Shown piece by piece: positions 1-7,439 of a DNA stretch of 54,439 bases. Numbering within the stretch: the first letter of the stretch is position 1; the number at the start of each line of letters is the position of its first letter. This DNA comes from an uncultured Gammaproteobacteria bacterium. Its GTDB lineage: Bacteria > Patescibacteriota > Microgenomatia > UBA10105 > UBA927. The translations under genes and the position numbers were made by a program. The DNA is taken from positions 1 through 54,439 of the forward strand of contig CAZXHY010000003.1 in assembly GCA_964639945.1 (NCBI GenBank), given 5' to 3'. Under the pieces are notes generated by a model. It searched no databases. It saw only the letters and a program-made list of their open reading frames with translations, and was not told the DNA's origin.

Positions 1-267
1 CAAATCTTTTTGCTTTACGATGCCAAGTTTTTTTAGATTTTTAATCGCAATTTGATTGTACTCGTCAAGTTTGACGACTTTGTTAAATATACGCTTTGCT
101 TCTGCTATCTCGCCACTTTGCATGTGCGCAAATCCGAGACGGTTGAGGATATTTATGTTGGTCTTATCACTTTTTAGAAGAATAGTGTTGATTCTGACAG
201 CCTCTTTCCAATTTTGATTGAGGGCTGCTTCGATTGCGGCGCGTTCGTTTATGGACGAGTCGGTCAT
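1..267 (-). CDS. TPR-like repeat protein, N-terminal 89 aa only (rest of gene lies outside the window)
   Basis: Not in the ORF track. Hand translation of the minus strand from the ATG at 267-265 gives MTDSSINERAAIEAALNQNWKEAVRINTILLKSDKTNINILNRLGFAHMQSGEIAEAKRIFNKVVKLDEYNQIAIKNLKKLGIVKQKDL, open to position 1, with a helical-repeat pattern typical of TPR. Confidence 0.5.
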   Translation of the reverse strand, partial: MTDSSINERAAIEAALNQNWKEAVRINTILLKSDKTNINILNRLGFAHMQSGEIAEAKRIFNKVVKLDEYNQIAIKNLKKLGIVKQKDL

Positions 268-307
268 GGTGTGAAAGTGTAAAGCTTTCCTGAGAAAAGT
301 CAAGGGA

Positions 308-325
308 GCAAGAATAAATTCTTGC
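308..325. promoter_or_regulatory. 18-bp palindrome GCAAGAAT-AA-ATTCTTGC in the divergent intergenic region (candidate operator)
   Basis: Perfect 8+8 inverted repeat read directly. It lies between the divergent TPR gene and yebC. Confidence 0.25.
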
Positions 326-500
326 CACATTTTCTCTTTATATTATCCTCGACAGAGATATTCTATACTAGTGGGATGAAGGTATCAAAGAAGAAATTTA
401 TACTGGTGCAGAAACAAACGCTCAAACCCTCGGTGAAAACCAGAAAAACTGCACGACGCTTTAGTGGGTATAGTGGCAGATAATACACGCAGAAAGAAAG

Positions 501-530
501 TTGCAAGAAGCTAGGTGGCACCAGTACAAT
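501..530 (+). promoter_or_regulatory. Putative sigma70-type promoter of yebC (TTGCAA - 18 nt - TACAAT)
   Basis: -35 TTGCAA at 501-506 and -10 TACAAT at 525-530. GAGG RBS at 541-544 and ATG at 552. Confidence 0.35.
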
Positions 531-551
531 AAGCGCATCTGAGGTCTCACT

Positions 552-1274
552 ATGAGTGGTCATTCAAAGTGGTCGAAAGTTAAACATCAAAAAGCCGTTA
601 CCGATGTCGTAAAGGCAAGAGATTTTACCAAAGCTTCACGTGCGATAACTGTTGCGGTTTCTGAAGGTGGTGGTATTGCAGATCCGGAAAAAAATTTCCG
701 ATTACGATTAGCAATAGAAAAAGCACGTAGTGTAAACATGCCCAAAGAAAATATAGCACGTGCTATTGATAAGGGGGTATCTGGTTCAGGGCTTTCCTTT
801 GAGCAAGTTGAGTATGAAGGATACGCCAAGGGTGGGGTAGCACTAGTCGTCGAAGCGACAACTGATAATCGCCAACGAACCTCGGCTAATGTGAAGCATG
901 CGTTTGATCGTGCAGGGGGAAGTCTTGCAGTTCCAGGGGCGGTGAACTTTATGTTTGAAAGACTTGGCGTTATCGTTGTAGCGCATGATGGATCGCGCAC
1001 ATTTGATCAAGTATTAGATGCGGCCATTACTTCTGGGGCACAAGATGTGGTTGAGCGATCCGATGCTTTTGAAATATATACTACCGTTTCAGAATTACGA
1101 CGCACAAAAGAGGCGATAGGGCTTGCGGGATTTGCGATAGAGAACACAGAAATTATCATGAAAGCCAAGGCACCAGTTATCGTCAGTGACGAGATACGTA
1201 TGATGACTGATGAGTTAGTTGCGCAGTTAGAGGCATTGGATGATGTACAAAAAGTGTTCACATCAGTAGACTAG
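552..1274 (+). CDS. yebC: YebC/PmpR family DNA-binding transcriptional regulator
   Basis: 240 aa. The N-terminal MSGHSKWSKVKHQKA is the family hallmark (MAGHSKWANIKHRK-like), and length and layout are typical. Confidence 0.93.
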   Translation: MSGHSKWSKVKHQKAVTDVVKARDFTKASRAITVAVSEGGGIADPEKNFRLRLAIEKARSVNMPKENIARAIDKGVSGSGLSFEQVEYEGYAKGGVALVVEATTDNRQRTSANVKHAFDRAGGSLAVPGAVNFMFERLGVIVVAHDGSRTFDQVLDAAITSGAQDVVERSDAFEIYTTVSELRRTKEAIGLAGFAIENTEIIMKAKAPVIVSDEIRMMTDELVAQLEALDDVQKVFTSVD

Positions 1275-1287
1275 CCATAGTGTACAT

Positions 1288-2127
1288 ATGATAAAAACAA
1301 TTCGATTATTTTTTATCAAGCGGTTTAAGCGTTGGGATCGACGTATGTCGTTATCCAAACGACAAGAGTTTGTGCTTATCACGTTTATATTGACCATCGT
1401 TATGATGTTGACCCAGCTCGTATCCTCGGAATTGCGATACCCTATGGTGGTGTTACTTTCGGTGCTCACCTATGTGCTTTGTGCAGTAGCGCTTCGAGAA
1501 GACTTGAAGGGAGCAGAGTGGGTGACACTGCTAACGTTGCCCACACTATTTACGGCGGCTGTAGGAGTATTTTATTTTTTGCTTCCAGTTCGGTGGCTTA
1601 CGAGACTTCCCATCGCTGCGTTATATGCCATAGGGATATATGCATTGCTTCTGACAGAGAATATTTATAATGTTGCGGCAACGCGCACTATAGCATTGCT
1701 GCGCGCGGGTCATTCTGTAGGATTTTTACTTTCTCTGGCCACCTACTTTTTGTTAGTACAAAGTATACTCGCATTTCGACTGTATCCTATTGTAAACGCA
1801 GCGCTCGTAGGCGTGATGACATTTTTGCTTACATTGCAAGTGCTATGGGCGATGGAATTAGAACGCACGATAGGGAAGAGTATACGAAATCTTACGGTTA
1901 TTATAACTTTAGTCCTTATTGAAATTGCTTGGGTTTTTTCTCTCTGGCCAGTGCGTACGACGCTTCAAGCAGTGCTTCTTACCACCTGTTTCTACGGTCT
2001 TGCTGGCATGGGTCAACAGTACTTGGCCGACCGATTGTATAAGCGTACAGTCTGGGAATTTTTTGGCGTTGTCGCAATTGTATTTATTATTTTAATTTTG
2101 GCAACAAATTGGTACGGTGCTGTTTAA
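1288..2127 (+). CDS. Polytopic membrane protein of unknown function
   Basis: 279-aa ORF with about 8 hydrophobic segments and no recognisable catalytic motif. An alternative start is Met20 at 1345. Confidence 0.65.
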   Translation: MIKTIRLFFIKRFKRWDRRMSLSKRQEFVLITFILTIVMMLTQLVSSELRYPMVVLLSVLTYVLCAVALREDLKGAEWVTLLTLPTLFTAAVGVFYFLLPVRWLTRLPIAALYAIGIYALLLTENIYNVAATRTIALLRAGHSVGFLLSLATYFLLVQSILAFRLYPIVNAALVGVMTFLLTLQVLWAMELERTIGKSIRNLTVIITLVLIEIAWVFSLWPVRTTLQAVLLTTCFYGLAGMGQQYLADRLYKRTVWEFFGVVAIVFIILILATNWYGAV

Positions 2128-2386
2128 ATTATTTTTTATCGTGGAACAAGGGGAGAGAGAACAGGGGAAAAGGGGGTGATATAGTTTGATACAGTTAAGT
2201 CAGGTCAATAAAACTATAGGATACGATGTGGATAATTATTTTCACGGGGATTGGTCATTGTTTTCACAGCCTCATTTAGCTTCATATATCTAAAACTATA
2301 GGGTATGTCACTCCTCACTACTAGGCATGTATTCGCTTCACACGCTCACTCTTCTGAGTACAGGATGTGTGCGTAATAATACCCGT

Positions 2387-2814
2387 TTGCATTGTTCTGA
2401 CGCTCTATTTCGTAATACGGGCATGCTTCTAAACTCCTGAAATTAGCCTCAAAATAATGTAATTGGCGCATATTAACGCTCTAAATAAACCCGAAAGGAA
2501 TTAAGCTGGCGTGTACACATGCGCGAGTGCTAACTGCTCTAATGTGCGCTTTCTTGCAATGCCAAAGTATGTATTATTGAGGCTAAAAAATTCACTGCGG
2601 AGCATTTAAACGCTCCGCGCTGTTTCGAGTATAATACTTGTAATTTATAAATAATTAGCCTCGAAAATGATAGAATGGGGCATAATAACGCTCCAAATCA
2701 CGTCACTCCCTGCATATTAATATATATGCGAATTATGCTATTCTAGCCTCGAAAATTATACTTTAGCGCATTATTATGCTCTAAATAGCGACGTCATAAA
2801 TAACCCGAAAGGGT
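2387..2814 (+). repeat. Array of imperfect direct repeats, each carrying a short hairpin (candidate structured RNA, protein-binding or MITE-like modules)
   Basis: Module layout is 7-mer TAGCCTC (2444-2450, 2656-2662, 2744-2750; inverted GAGGCTA at 2579-2585), then an A-rich 11-14 nt spacer, then a hairpin with an 8-nt AT-rich loop. The hairpins are TTGGCGC/ATATTAAC/GCTCTAA (2463-2484), GCGGAGC/ATTTAAAC/GCTCCGC (2597-2618), GGGGC/ATAATAAC/GCTCC (2677-2694) and TAGCGC/ATTATTAT/GCTCTA (2764-2783). Degenerate partial copies lie near 2387-2408 and 2521-2545. Modules 1 and 4 are followed by CCC-GAAA-GG mini-hairpins (2490-2498, 2803-2814). Confidence 0.6.
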
Positions 2815-3342
2815 GTTAGGGGCACCTGCAACTTCTGCTCATTTTGATCTTAATTTAGGTAACGCGATCGTCATAAAGGGCGTGTTACGAAATGTATACA
2901 TGCTGTATTTGAGGCTGTGTACTGCTTCTCTACAAGTGTCACAAATATAAAAATATGTTTGGCCATATTTTGGGCATATACACCTGTCTAGAGAAGAACC
3001 TGTCATAGGTCGCACAATAATACTTTTGCGACGTCTGGAAGCTAGGTACGGAGAAGTGCAATCTTTTGTCATTGTTGTATATATCATCAATTCTTTTATC
3101 AATATTGTGATTACTCCAGTATTTTGCACCATTTGTCGTTGTTACTCTTTTTTCTTCTATTTGCACCTATTGGTCTTTGGCTGTTTTTGTACTTTTTGTG
3201 TTCATCTGTGGTTACCGGATTCTTCGAGTTTTTATAGCATTTTTCCTTACTGTTTACAGAACACTTTAGAATGAGATGACCACTTGTACGTCTCAAATAT
3301 CTGGAACGGCTTGTAGGTCAATACAGGGGCTTAAAAATGAGG

Positions 3343-4047
3343 CTAAATATTGCGAAACGGAAACGATTCAATAACGGTAGTTTTCGACGGATGCATGCCG
3401 GCATTTGTCGTCACCAGCGTTGTTTCTTTTGGTGAAAATATTCCAAACTTTTTATCTTTATTTTCTTCGATCGTTTCTAAAAATAATTTTGTTGGTGGTT
3501 TCGTAAATCTACAAATGGTTACATTTGCAAAAACAATTTCGTTGGTAAAATATTTTTTATCATCAGCAAGATTTGCCTCGGCAAACTGATTACGGAGAGA
3601 TTTAACCATGTGGTCATAATCTGGATCTACCAGCGCGATTATAGATACACTTGTCGGCATAGACAGTAATCCAACCAGTTCAAATGTAGGCGCAGGATAT
3701 GTGGGTATAGATGATCGCAATAAATCTCTGGCGTGCTCAATGTCAGACTCAGTAAAGCTAGCTGGATCACGCACGACACGTATGTTGTGAACCGTGACAT
3801 GCAATGATGATTTTGGAAAGTAATACTGGTCCGGATCGATTACCGCAAGCGGTTTTATGATGGCTTCATGTATGTTTTTGGCGAGTTGCTCTGGCAGATA
3901 TGAGACGGTCGTTAGACACAGTGCATTGTCATTTGCGTAGTCAGACTGCATGGAGACTATTTCAGAAGCTTTAGGGTTGGCAGCGAGCGCAGATTCCATT
4001 TGGCGCATGAGGAAAAGCTGTCGTGTTTGAAACGGTGTCATATACAA
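3343..4047 (-). CDS. Hypothetical protein, possibly a degenerate 2H phosphoesterase (LigT/ThpR-like) fold
   Basis: 234-aa ORF. It has one clean HxTx motif (LHVTVHNI) and a second motif-like stretch ANVTICRF in which the His is replaced by Asn. Spacing of about 100 aa is compatible with the 2H superfamily. Confidence 0.5.
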   Translation of the reverse strand: MYMTPFQTRQLFLMRQMESALAANPKASEIVSMQSDYANDNALCLTTVSYLPEQLAKNIHEAIIKPLAVIDPDQYYFPKSSLHVTVHNIRVVRDPASFTESDIEHARDLLRSSIPTYPAPTFELVGLLSMPTSVSIIALVDPDYDHMVKSLRNQFAEANLADDKKYFTNEIVFANVTICRFTKPPTKLFLETIEENKDKKFGIFSPKETTLVTTNAGMHPSKTTVIESFPFRNI

Positions 4048-4100
4048 AGTGTATCATATTCAGTTGACGTCGCACATTTTATATATCAGACTATATCGTG

Positions 4101-4109
4101 TGCTATAAT
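4101..4109 (+). promoter_or_regulatory. Extended -10 promoter element TGcTATAAT
   Basis: Perfect TGnTATAAT at 4101-4109, ending 9 nt before the ATG at 4119. This implies a leaderless or near-leaderless transcript. Confidence 0.4.
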
Positions 4110-4118
4110 CACCGCCAA

Positions 4119-4688
4119 ATGACCAGATATCCTGATTACTGGACGAATGCATTGGCAAAATATACTTCTCACGAAATTGTTAGTCGAAATTCGATGATCC
4201 CCACAGAGTATCAACTTTGGATAAATGCATATTTTGGCGCGATTGCCGATAGGCAGGAAATAAAACTTGCTGGCCCGATCTCCATAAGTATTAGGCAATC
4301 AAAAAGATTGTTCAATATACGTCCGTTATGGGCAATGTCGTTTGAAGAAAAACGATTTAAAGACCATCGTCGTATCGCAGCATCTATGGCAACCGGTGTG
4401 TTTGAAAATCCTAGTATGAACGCATGGGCATTCCAGCGAGAACTTATTTTTGATTTGAATAGACGTCTCATTCTTGTAGAACGAACAATGGATGCGAGCG
4501 GAAATCTTCAAAAGCTAGCGCTCATGCGATCAAACAGAAATACAACAGATTTGCAGGTCGAACATCGAGTAAATCGTCGAAATTTTAATATAGTAACAGT
4601 GCCGCAAATTGGGCGTAGAACAAGTCTATCAGTCTTGTTATCAAGTCCACGTTCTATAGCCGAAAACGTACCCGCAACCCTTATATAG
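4119..4688 (+). CDS. Hypothetical protein (no recognisable domain)
   Basis: The ORF track starts at a GTG at 4098. The ATG at 4119 (MTRYPDYW...) is preferred because the TGcTATAAT element overlaps the upstream codons. 189 aa. Confidence 0.55.
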   Translation: MTRYPDYWTNALAKYTSHEIVSRNSMIPTEYQLWINAYFGAIADRQEIKLAGPISISIRQSKRLFNIRPLWAMSFEEKRFKDHRRIAASMATGVFENPSMNAWAFQRELIFDLNRRLILVERTMDASGNLQKLALMRSNRNTTDLQVEHRVNRRNFNIVTVPQIGRRTSLSVLLSSPRSIAENVPATLI

Positions 4689-4737
4689 TATTGACAAATT
4701 TCTTCGCGTCGTACAACAATGATTGTGAGGACATGGT

Positions 4738-4762
4738 TGTGAAATTTTTGTACATTTTCACA
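4738..4762. promoter_or_regulatory. Inverted repeat TGTGAAATT-TTTGTAC-ATTTTCACA upstream of the Xer gene (candidate recombinase core site or operator)
   Basis: 7-bp perfect arms TGTGAAA (4738-4744) and TTTCACA (4756-4762), extendable to 9 bp with one mismatch. The centre contains TGTACA. It ends 33 nt before the xer ATG. Confidence 0.35.
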
Positions 4763-4794
4763 TTACTACATTTTGTCTCATTTATTAGCCATTT

Positions 4795-5760
4795 ATGAAT
4801 CTTGAAAAACTTGTATTAGAATTTTTAGAATATCTGGAAATTGAGCGAAATGTTTCTCGTCTCACCATTCGAAACTATAAACATTACTTAGAGAGGTTTT
4901 TGGGCTTTCTAGCAGGCCATTCCCCTACTCCCCTCCCACCAGACAAGGCTAAAAGTGCAATTTCTGGTCTTACAAGCGAGGCTATAACGGCCGAAAATGT
5001 GCGTCAGTATCGTCTGTATTTATCTCGGTTTACGGATGAGCATGAACAGACGTTGAAGCGCGTGACACAAAATTATCATTTGATCGCCTTGCGAAGTTTT
5101 TTGAAGTATCTAAACAAACGGGACATTCCAGCGCTTGCATCAGAAAAAATAGATTTGCCAAAAGCAGAAAGTCACACGATAAAATTTTTGGATCATGAGC
5201 AAGTTGAACGGCTTATGAATATGCCGGAAATTTCAACGCCCGAAGGATTACGAGATAAAGCAATTTTGGAAGTGCTATTCTCCACTGGCCTCCGTGTATC
5301 GGAACTCGTGAGTCTCAACCGCGATCAAGTAAATTTGGACCGCAGAGAGTTTGGTGTTGTCGGAAAAGGACGTAGGGTTCGCGTGGTATTTCTCTCAGAA
5401 AAATCAGCGGAATGGCTCAAGCGGTATCTAGGAACTCGTGAAGATTCGTTGCAGCCGATTTTTATTCGGTATAGCGGAAAGAAACCTGATGCAAGTGATA
5501 TGAGTGGGAATTCTATCAGACTGACGGCTCGAAGCGTACAACGATTAGTAGCAAAATATGCAGCGAAGGCAAAGCTGCTTATCAAAATTACTCCGCACGG
5601 ACTTCGTCACAGTTTTGCTACAGACCTTCTCAGTAACGGTGCAGACCTGCGCGCGATACAAGAATTGCTCGGTCACAAAAATGTATCAACGACTCAAATA
5701 TATACCCATGTTACTAACCCGCAGCTCAAACAAATTCATGATAAATTTCATACCAATTAA
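4795..5760 (+). CDS. Tyrosine site-specific recombinase, XerC/XerD family
   Basis: 321 aa with an N-terminal SAM-like core-binding domain. Catalytic motifs are GLRVSEL (Arg), HGLRHSFAT (HxxR) and LLGHKNVSTTQIYTHV (His and Tyr). Confidence 0.9.
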   Translation: MNLEKLVLEFLEYLEIERNVSRLTIRNYKHYLERFLGFLAGHSPTPLPPDKAKSAISGLTSEAITAENVRQYRLYLSRFTDEHEQTLKRVTQNYHLIALRSFLKYLNKRDIPALASEKIDLPKAESHTIKFLDHEQVERLMNMPEISTPEGLRDKAILEVLFSTGLRVSELVSLNRDQVNLDRREFGVVGKGRRVRVVFLSEKSAEWLKRYLGTREDSLQPIFIRYSGKKPDASDMSGNSIRLTARSVQRLVAKYAAKAKLLIKITPHGLRHSFATDLLSNGADLRAIQELLGHKNVSTTQIYTHVTNPQLKQIHDKFHTN

Positions 5761-5768
5761 GGAGGGCG

Positions 5769-6767
5769 ATGAACATATCAGTTTTGTACAATAAACCAAC
5801 GCATAGGTTTAGTGACACATCAAAAAATGTTGAAGCCGAAGAGGATACACAAGAATCCGCTGAAGAAGTGCTTGAAGCGCTTGAAGAAAAAAAATATCAC
5901 GCAAAACTTGTTCCCATAACAGAAGACAATATCCCTGAAACAGTAGATTTGTTATCCACCAGTGATTTGGTGTTTAATCTCATCGAATGGACTGGTGTAG
6001 ACGCGCATTTTGCTGCGGACGTCTATGATTTGTTTGCAAAGAAAAAGATTAAATACACAGGAGCGACCAAAGAGAGTTATTTCCTCTCGTGCGACAAAGT
6101 TGCTATGAAAAAGCGTTTGGATGAAGGTGGGTTTGCTACTGCACGTTGGCAAGCGTTTGAAACGGGCAACGAACCCATACGAGACGACTTAATTTTTCCT
6201 GTGATTGTAAAAGTAAGTTTGGAACATTCAAGCGTCGGGCTCTCAAAAGAAGCCATTATTGAAGATCCAGACAAATTACAAAAATTTGTAAAAAAACAAA
6301 TTAAAAAATTTAAACAACCAGTGCTTGCTGAGCAATTTTTGACTGGGAGAGAATTCCAAGTCACCCTACTGGATTCGAAAAAGGGACTTGTCGTGCTTCC
6401 CCCTTCTGAAGTGGTCTATTATAAAGGGACAGATGTGCCGTTTTTGACCTACGAAAGTCGATGGAATGCAGATCATCCTGATTTTGATAATTCCACCGTT
6501 GTGATCGCAAAACTTTCACCAGAAATGACGAAGGAAGTCGAAGAGATGTCCAAACAAGTGTTTATAAGTATGGGGTACCGCGATTATGCACGATTTGACG
6601 TGCGTTGTCTTGGCGATCAACCAATGTTTTTGGAAGTGAATTCAAATCCAGGTCTTAGTGACGATCCCCAATATGGTATGACCGTTTCCTATAAATCAGT
6701 CGGTATGACGTTTGCCGATGTGATAGAAGAAATAGTAGAATCCGCCAGACGTCGTTACGGGATATAA
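5769..6767 (+). CDS. ATP-grasp enzyme of the D-alanine--D-alanine ligase-like family (atypical N-terminus)
   Basis: 332 aa. The ATP-grasp core includes PVIVKVSLEHSSVGL, EQFLTGREF and the C-terminal FLEVNSNPGL. The N-terminus (ISVLYNKP..., acidic stretch) differs from canonical Ddl (KIAVLFGG.S.EHEVS). Confidence 0.7.
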   Translation: MNISVLYNKPTHRFSDTSKNVEAEEDTQESAEEVLEALEEKKYHAKLVPITEDNIPETVDLLSTSDLVFNLIEWTGVDAHFAADVYDLFAKKKIKYTGATKESYFLSCDKVAMKKRLDEGGFATARWQAFETGNEPIRDDLIFPVIVKVSLEHSSVGLSKEAIIEDPDKLQKFVKKQIKKFKQPVLAEQFLTGREFQVTLLDSKKGLVVLPPSEVVYYKGTDVPFLTYESRWNADHPDFDNSTVVIAKLSPEMTKEVEEMSKQVFISMGYRDYARFDVRCLGDQPMFLEVNSNPGLSDDPQYGMTVSYKSVGMTFADVIEEIVESARRRYGI

Positions 6768-7348
6768 ACGCGAGCGGTTGCGATACGGAAGTATGGGAGA
6801 GATTCTGGCTCACGGGCTATGACAATCATCAGTTGTGGTTGCCATTTGTGAATGAGTCGGAATTTTTTACTCGTTTTTGAAACTTTCTTTCGTTTGTAAT
6901 CGTAATCCCACCAACGAGCGCGAAAATCGGCCCAGCCATATGATTTACGTTTGCCTGTGGCACTATCCATGAGAACTATTCTACTTTTGGCAGCAAGGTA
7001 GGAGGCGACGACTGCCCAATGTCCAGATTCTGGATGAGGCTCAAATTTTTCATCAAGATCATAAAGATACGAAACGATAACGGCTCGTTGTTCGTTGGCT
7101 CTGTGTTTAAGAGCGCTTTGTAGGTGATGCAGCGTAGAATATTCCATGACTAAACAAGAAAGCCCAAGTTTATTTATCGCCATAATTAAATTTTTGGTCG
7201 ATGTGCCATTTCTTCCTGTTTTGCAAAGTTTGATAAGAGACTCCAAAGATTTTCGCATGCCAATAACGCTCAGTGCGTGTTTGAGTGAAACTGGACCACA
7301 GGTTATGTCGTCTGGTTGTTGAATTGGTTTTACGTGACTTCTGCCCAT
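6755..7348 (-). CDS. Stand-alone papain-like cysteine peptidase, C39-like domain
   Basis: 197 aa. QQPDDITCGPVSLKHALSVIG matches the C39 Q-x5-CG-x2-L...G active-site block, and a downstream His lies in ESGHWAVV. It overlaps the ATP-grasp 3' end by 13 nt (convergent). Confidence 0.6.
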   Translation of the reverse strand: MGRSHVKPIQQPDDITCGPVSLKHALSVIGMRKSLESLIKLCKTGRNGTSTKNLIMAINKLGLSCLVMEYSTLHHLQSALKHRANEQRAVIVSYLYDLDEKFEPHPESGHWAVVASYLAAKSRIVLMDSATGKRKSYGWADFRARWWDYDYKRKKVSKTSKKFRLIHKWQPQLMIVIAREPESLPYFRIATARVYIP

Positions 7349-7396
7349 ATAAAAACTCCTAAAATTGCGTTATAGCGCGTTGGGATAAGCTAACTT

Positions 7397-7425
7397 ATTG
7401 TAAGCTTCTGAAACTAGTCTATCAA
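7397..7425 (-). promoter_or_regulatory. Putative promoter of the C39-like peptidase gene (TTGATA - 17 nt - TACAAT)
   Basis: On the minus strand, -35 TTGATA is at 7425-7420 and -10 TACAAT at 7402-7397. A TAGGAG RBS precedes the ATG at 7348. Confidence 0.4.
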
Positions 7426-7439
7426 GACCTATAGTAGTG

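Noticed and set aside
587-1000. Antisense or alternative-frame ORFs inside well-supported genes (for example 587-1000, 12772-13242, 34334-34987, 42221-42592, 45749-46339, 52668-53285)
   Set aside because: Each lies within a longer ORF that has clear family motifs on the other strand or frame, and their translations are low-complexity with no motifs. They are shadow ORFs.
2142-2176. Purine/G-rich tract (GGGG, GGGG, GGGGG) after the membrane-protein gene as a G-quadruplex
   Set aside because: Only three runs of 3 or more G are present, the fourth is GG, and one loop is 10 nt. This does not meet the usual G4 definition.
2227-2235. Perfect DnaA box TGTGGATAA in the 1.2-kb non-coding gap, suggesting oriC
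   Set aside because: There is only one perfect 9-mer, and roughly 0.4 would be expected by chance in a window of this size on two strands. The other candidates nearby (about 2975, 3100 and 3210) each have 2 or more mismatches. No dnaA or dnaN is adjacent, and the flanking genes converge on the gap rather than diverge from it. The origin call is not supported, but it is worth a GC-skew check.
2387-2814. Repeat modules as a CRISPR array or as bona fide dif sites
   Set aside because: The repeats are imperfect, irregularly spaced (77-135 nt) and partly inverted, and there are no cas genes, so this is not CRISPR. The resemblance to E. coli dif (GCGCATAA ... TTATG..AAAT) lacks a 6-8 bp central region between the arms, so the modules cannot be functional Xer core sites as written.
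2839-3296. Track ORFs 2839-3132, 2939-3166, 3026-3274 and 3111-3296 as genes
   Set aside because: They are short, mutually overlapping in different frames and low-complexity, with no RBS or recognisable domain. They are treated as non-coding or as possible pseudogene debris (see findings).
4738-4762. TGTGA...TCACA as a CRP/FNR-type site
   Set aside because: CRP-family sites are TGTGA-N6-TCACA. Here the half-sites are 15 nt apart, which is incompatible with that family.
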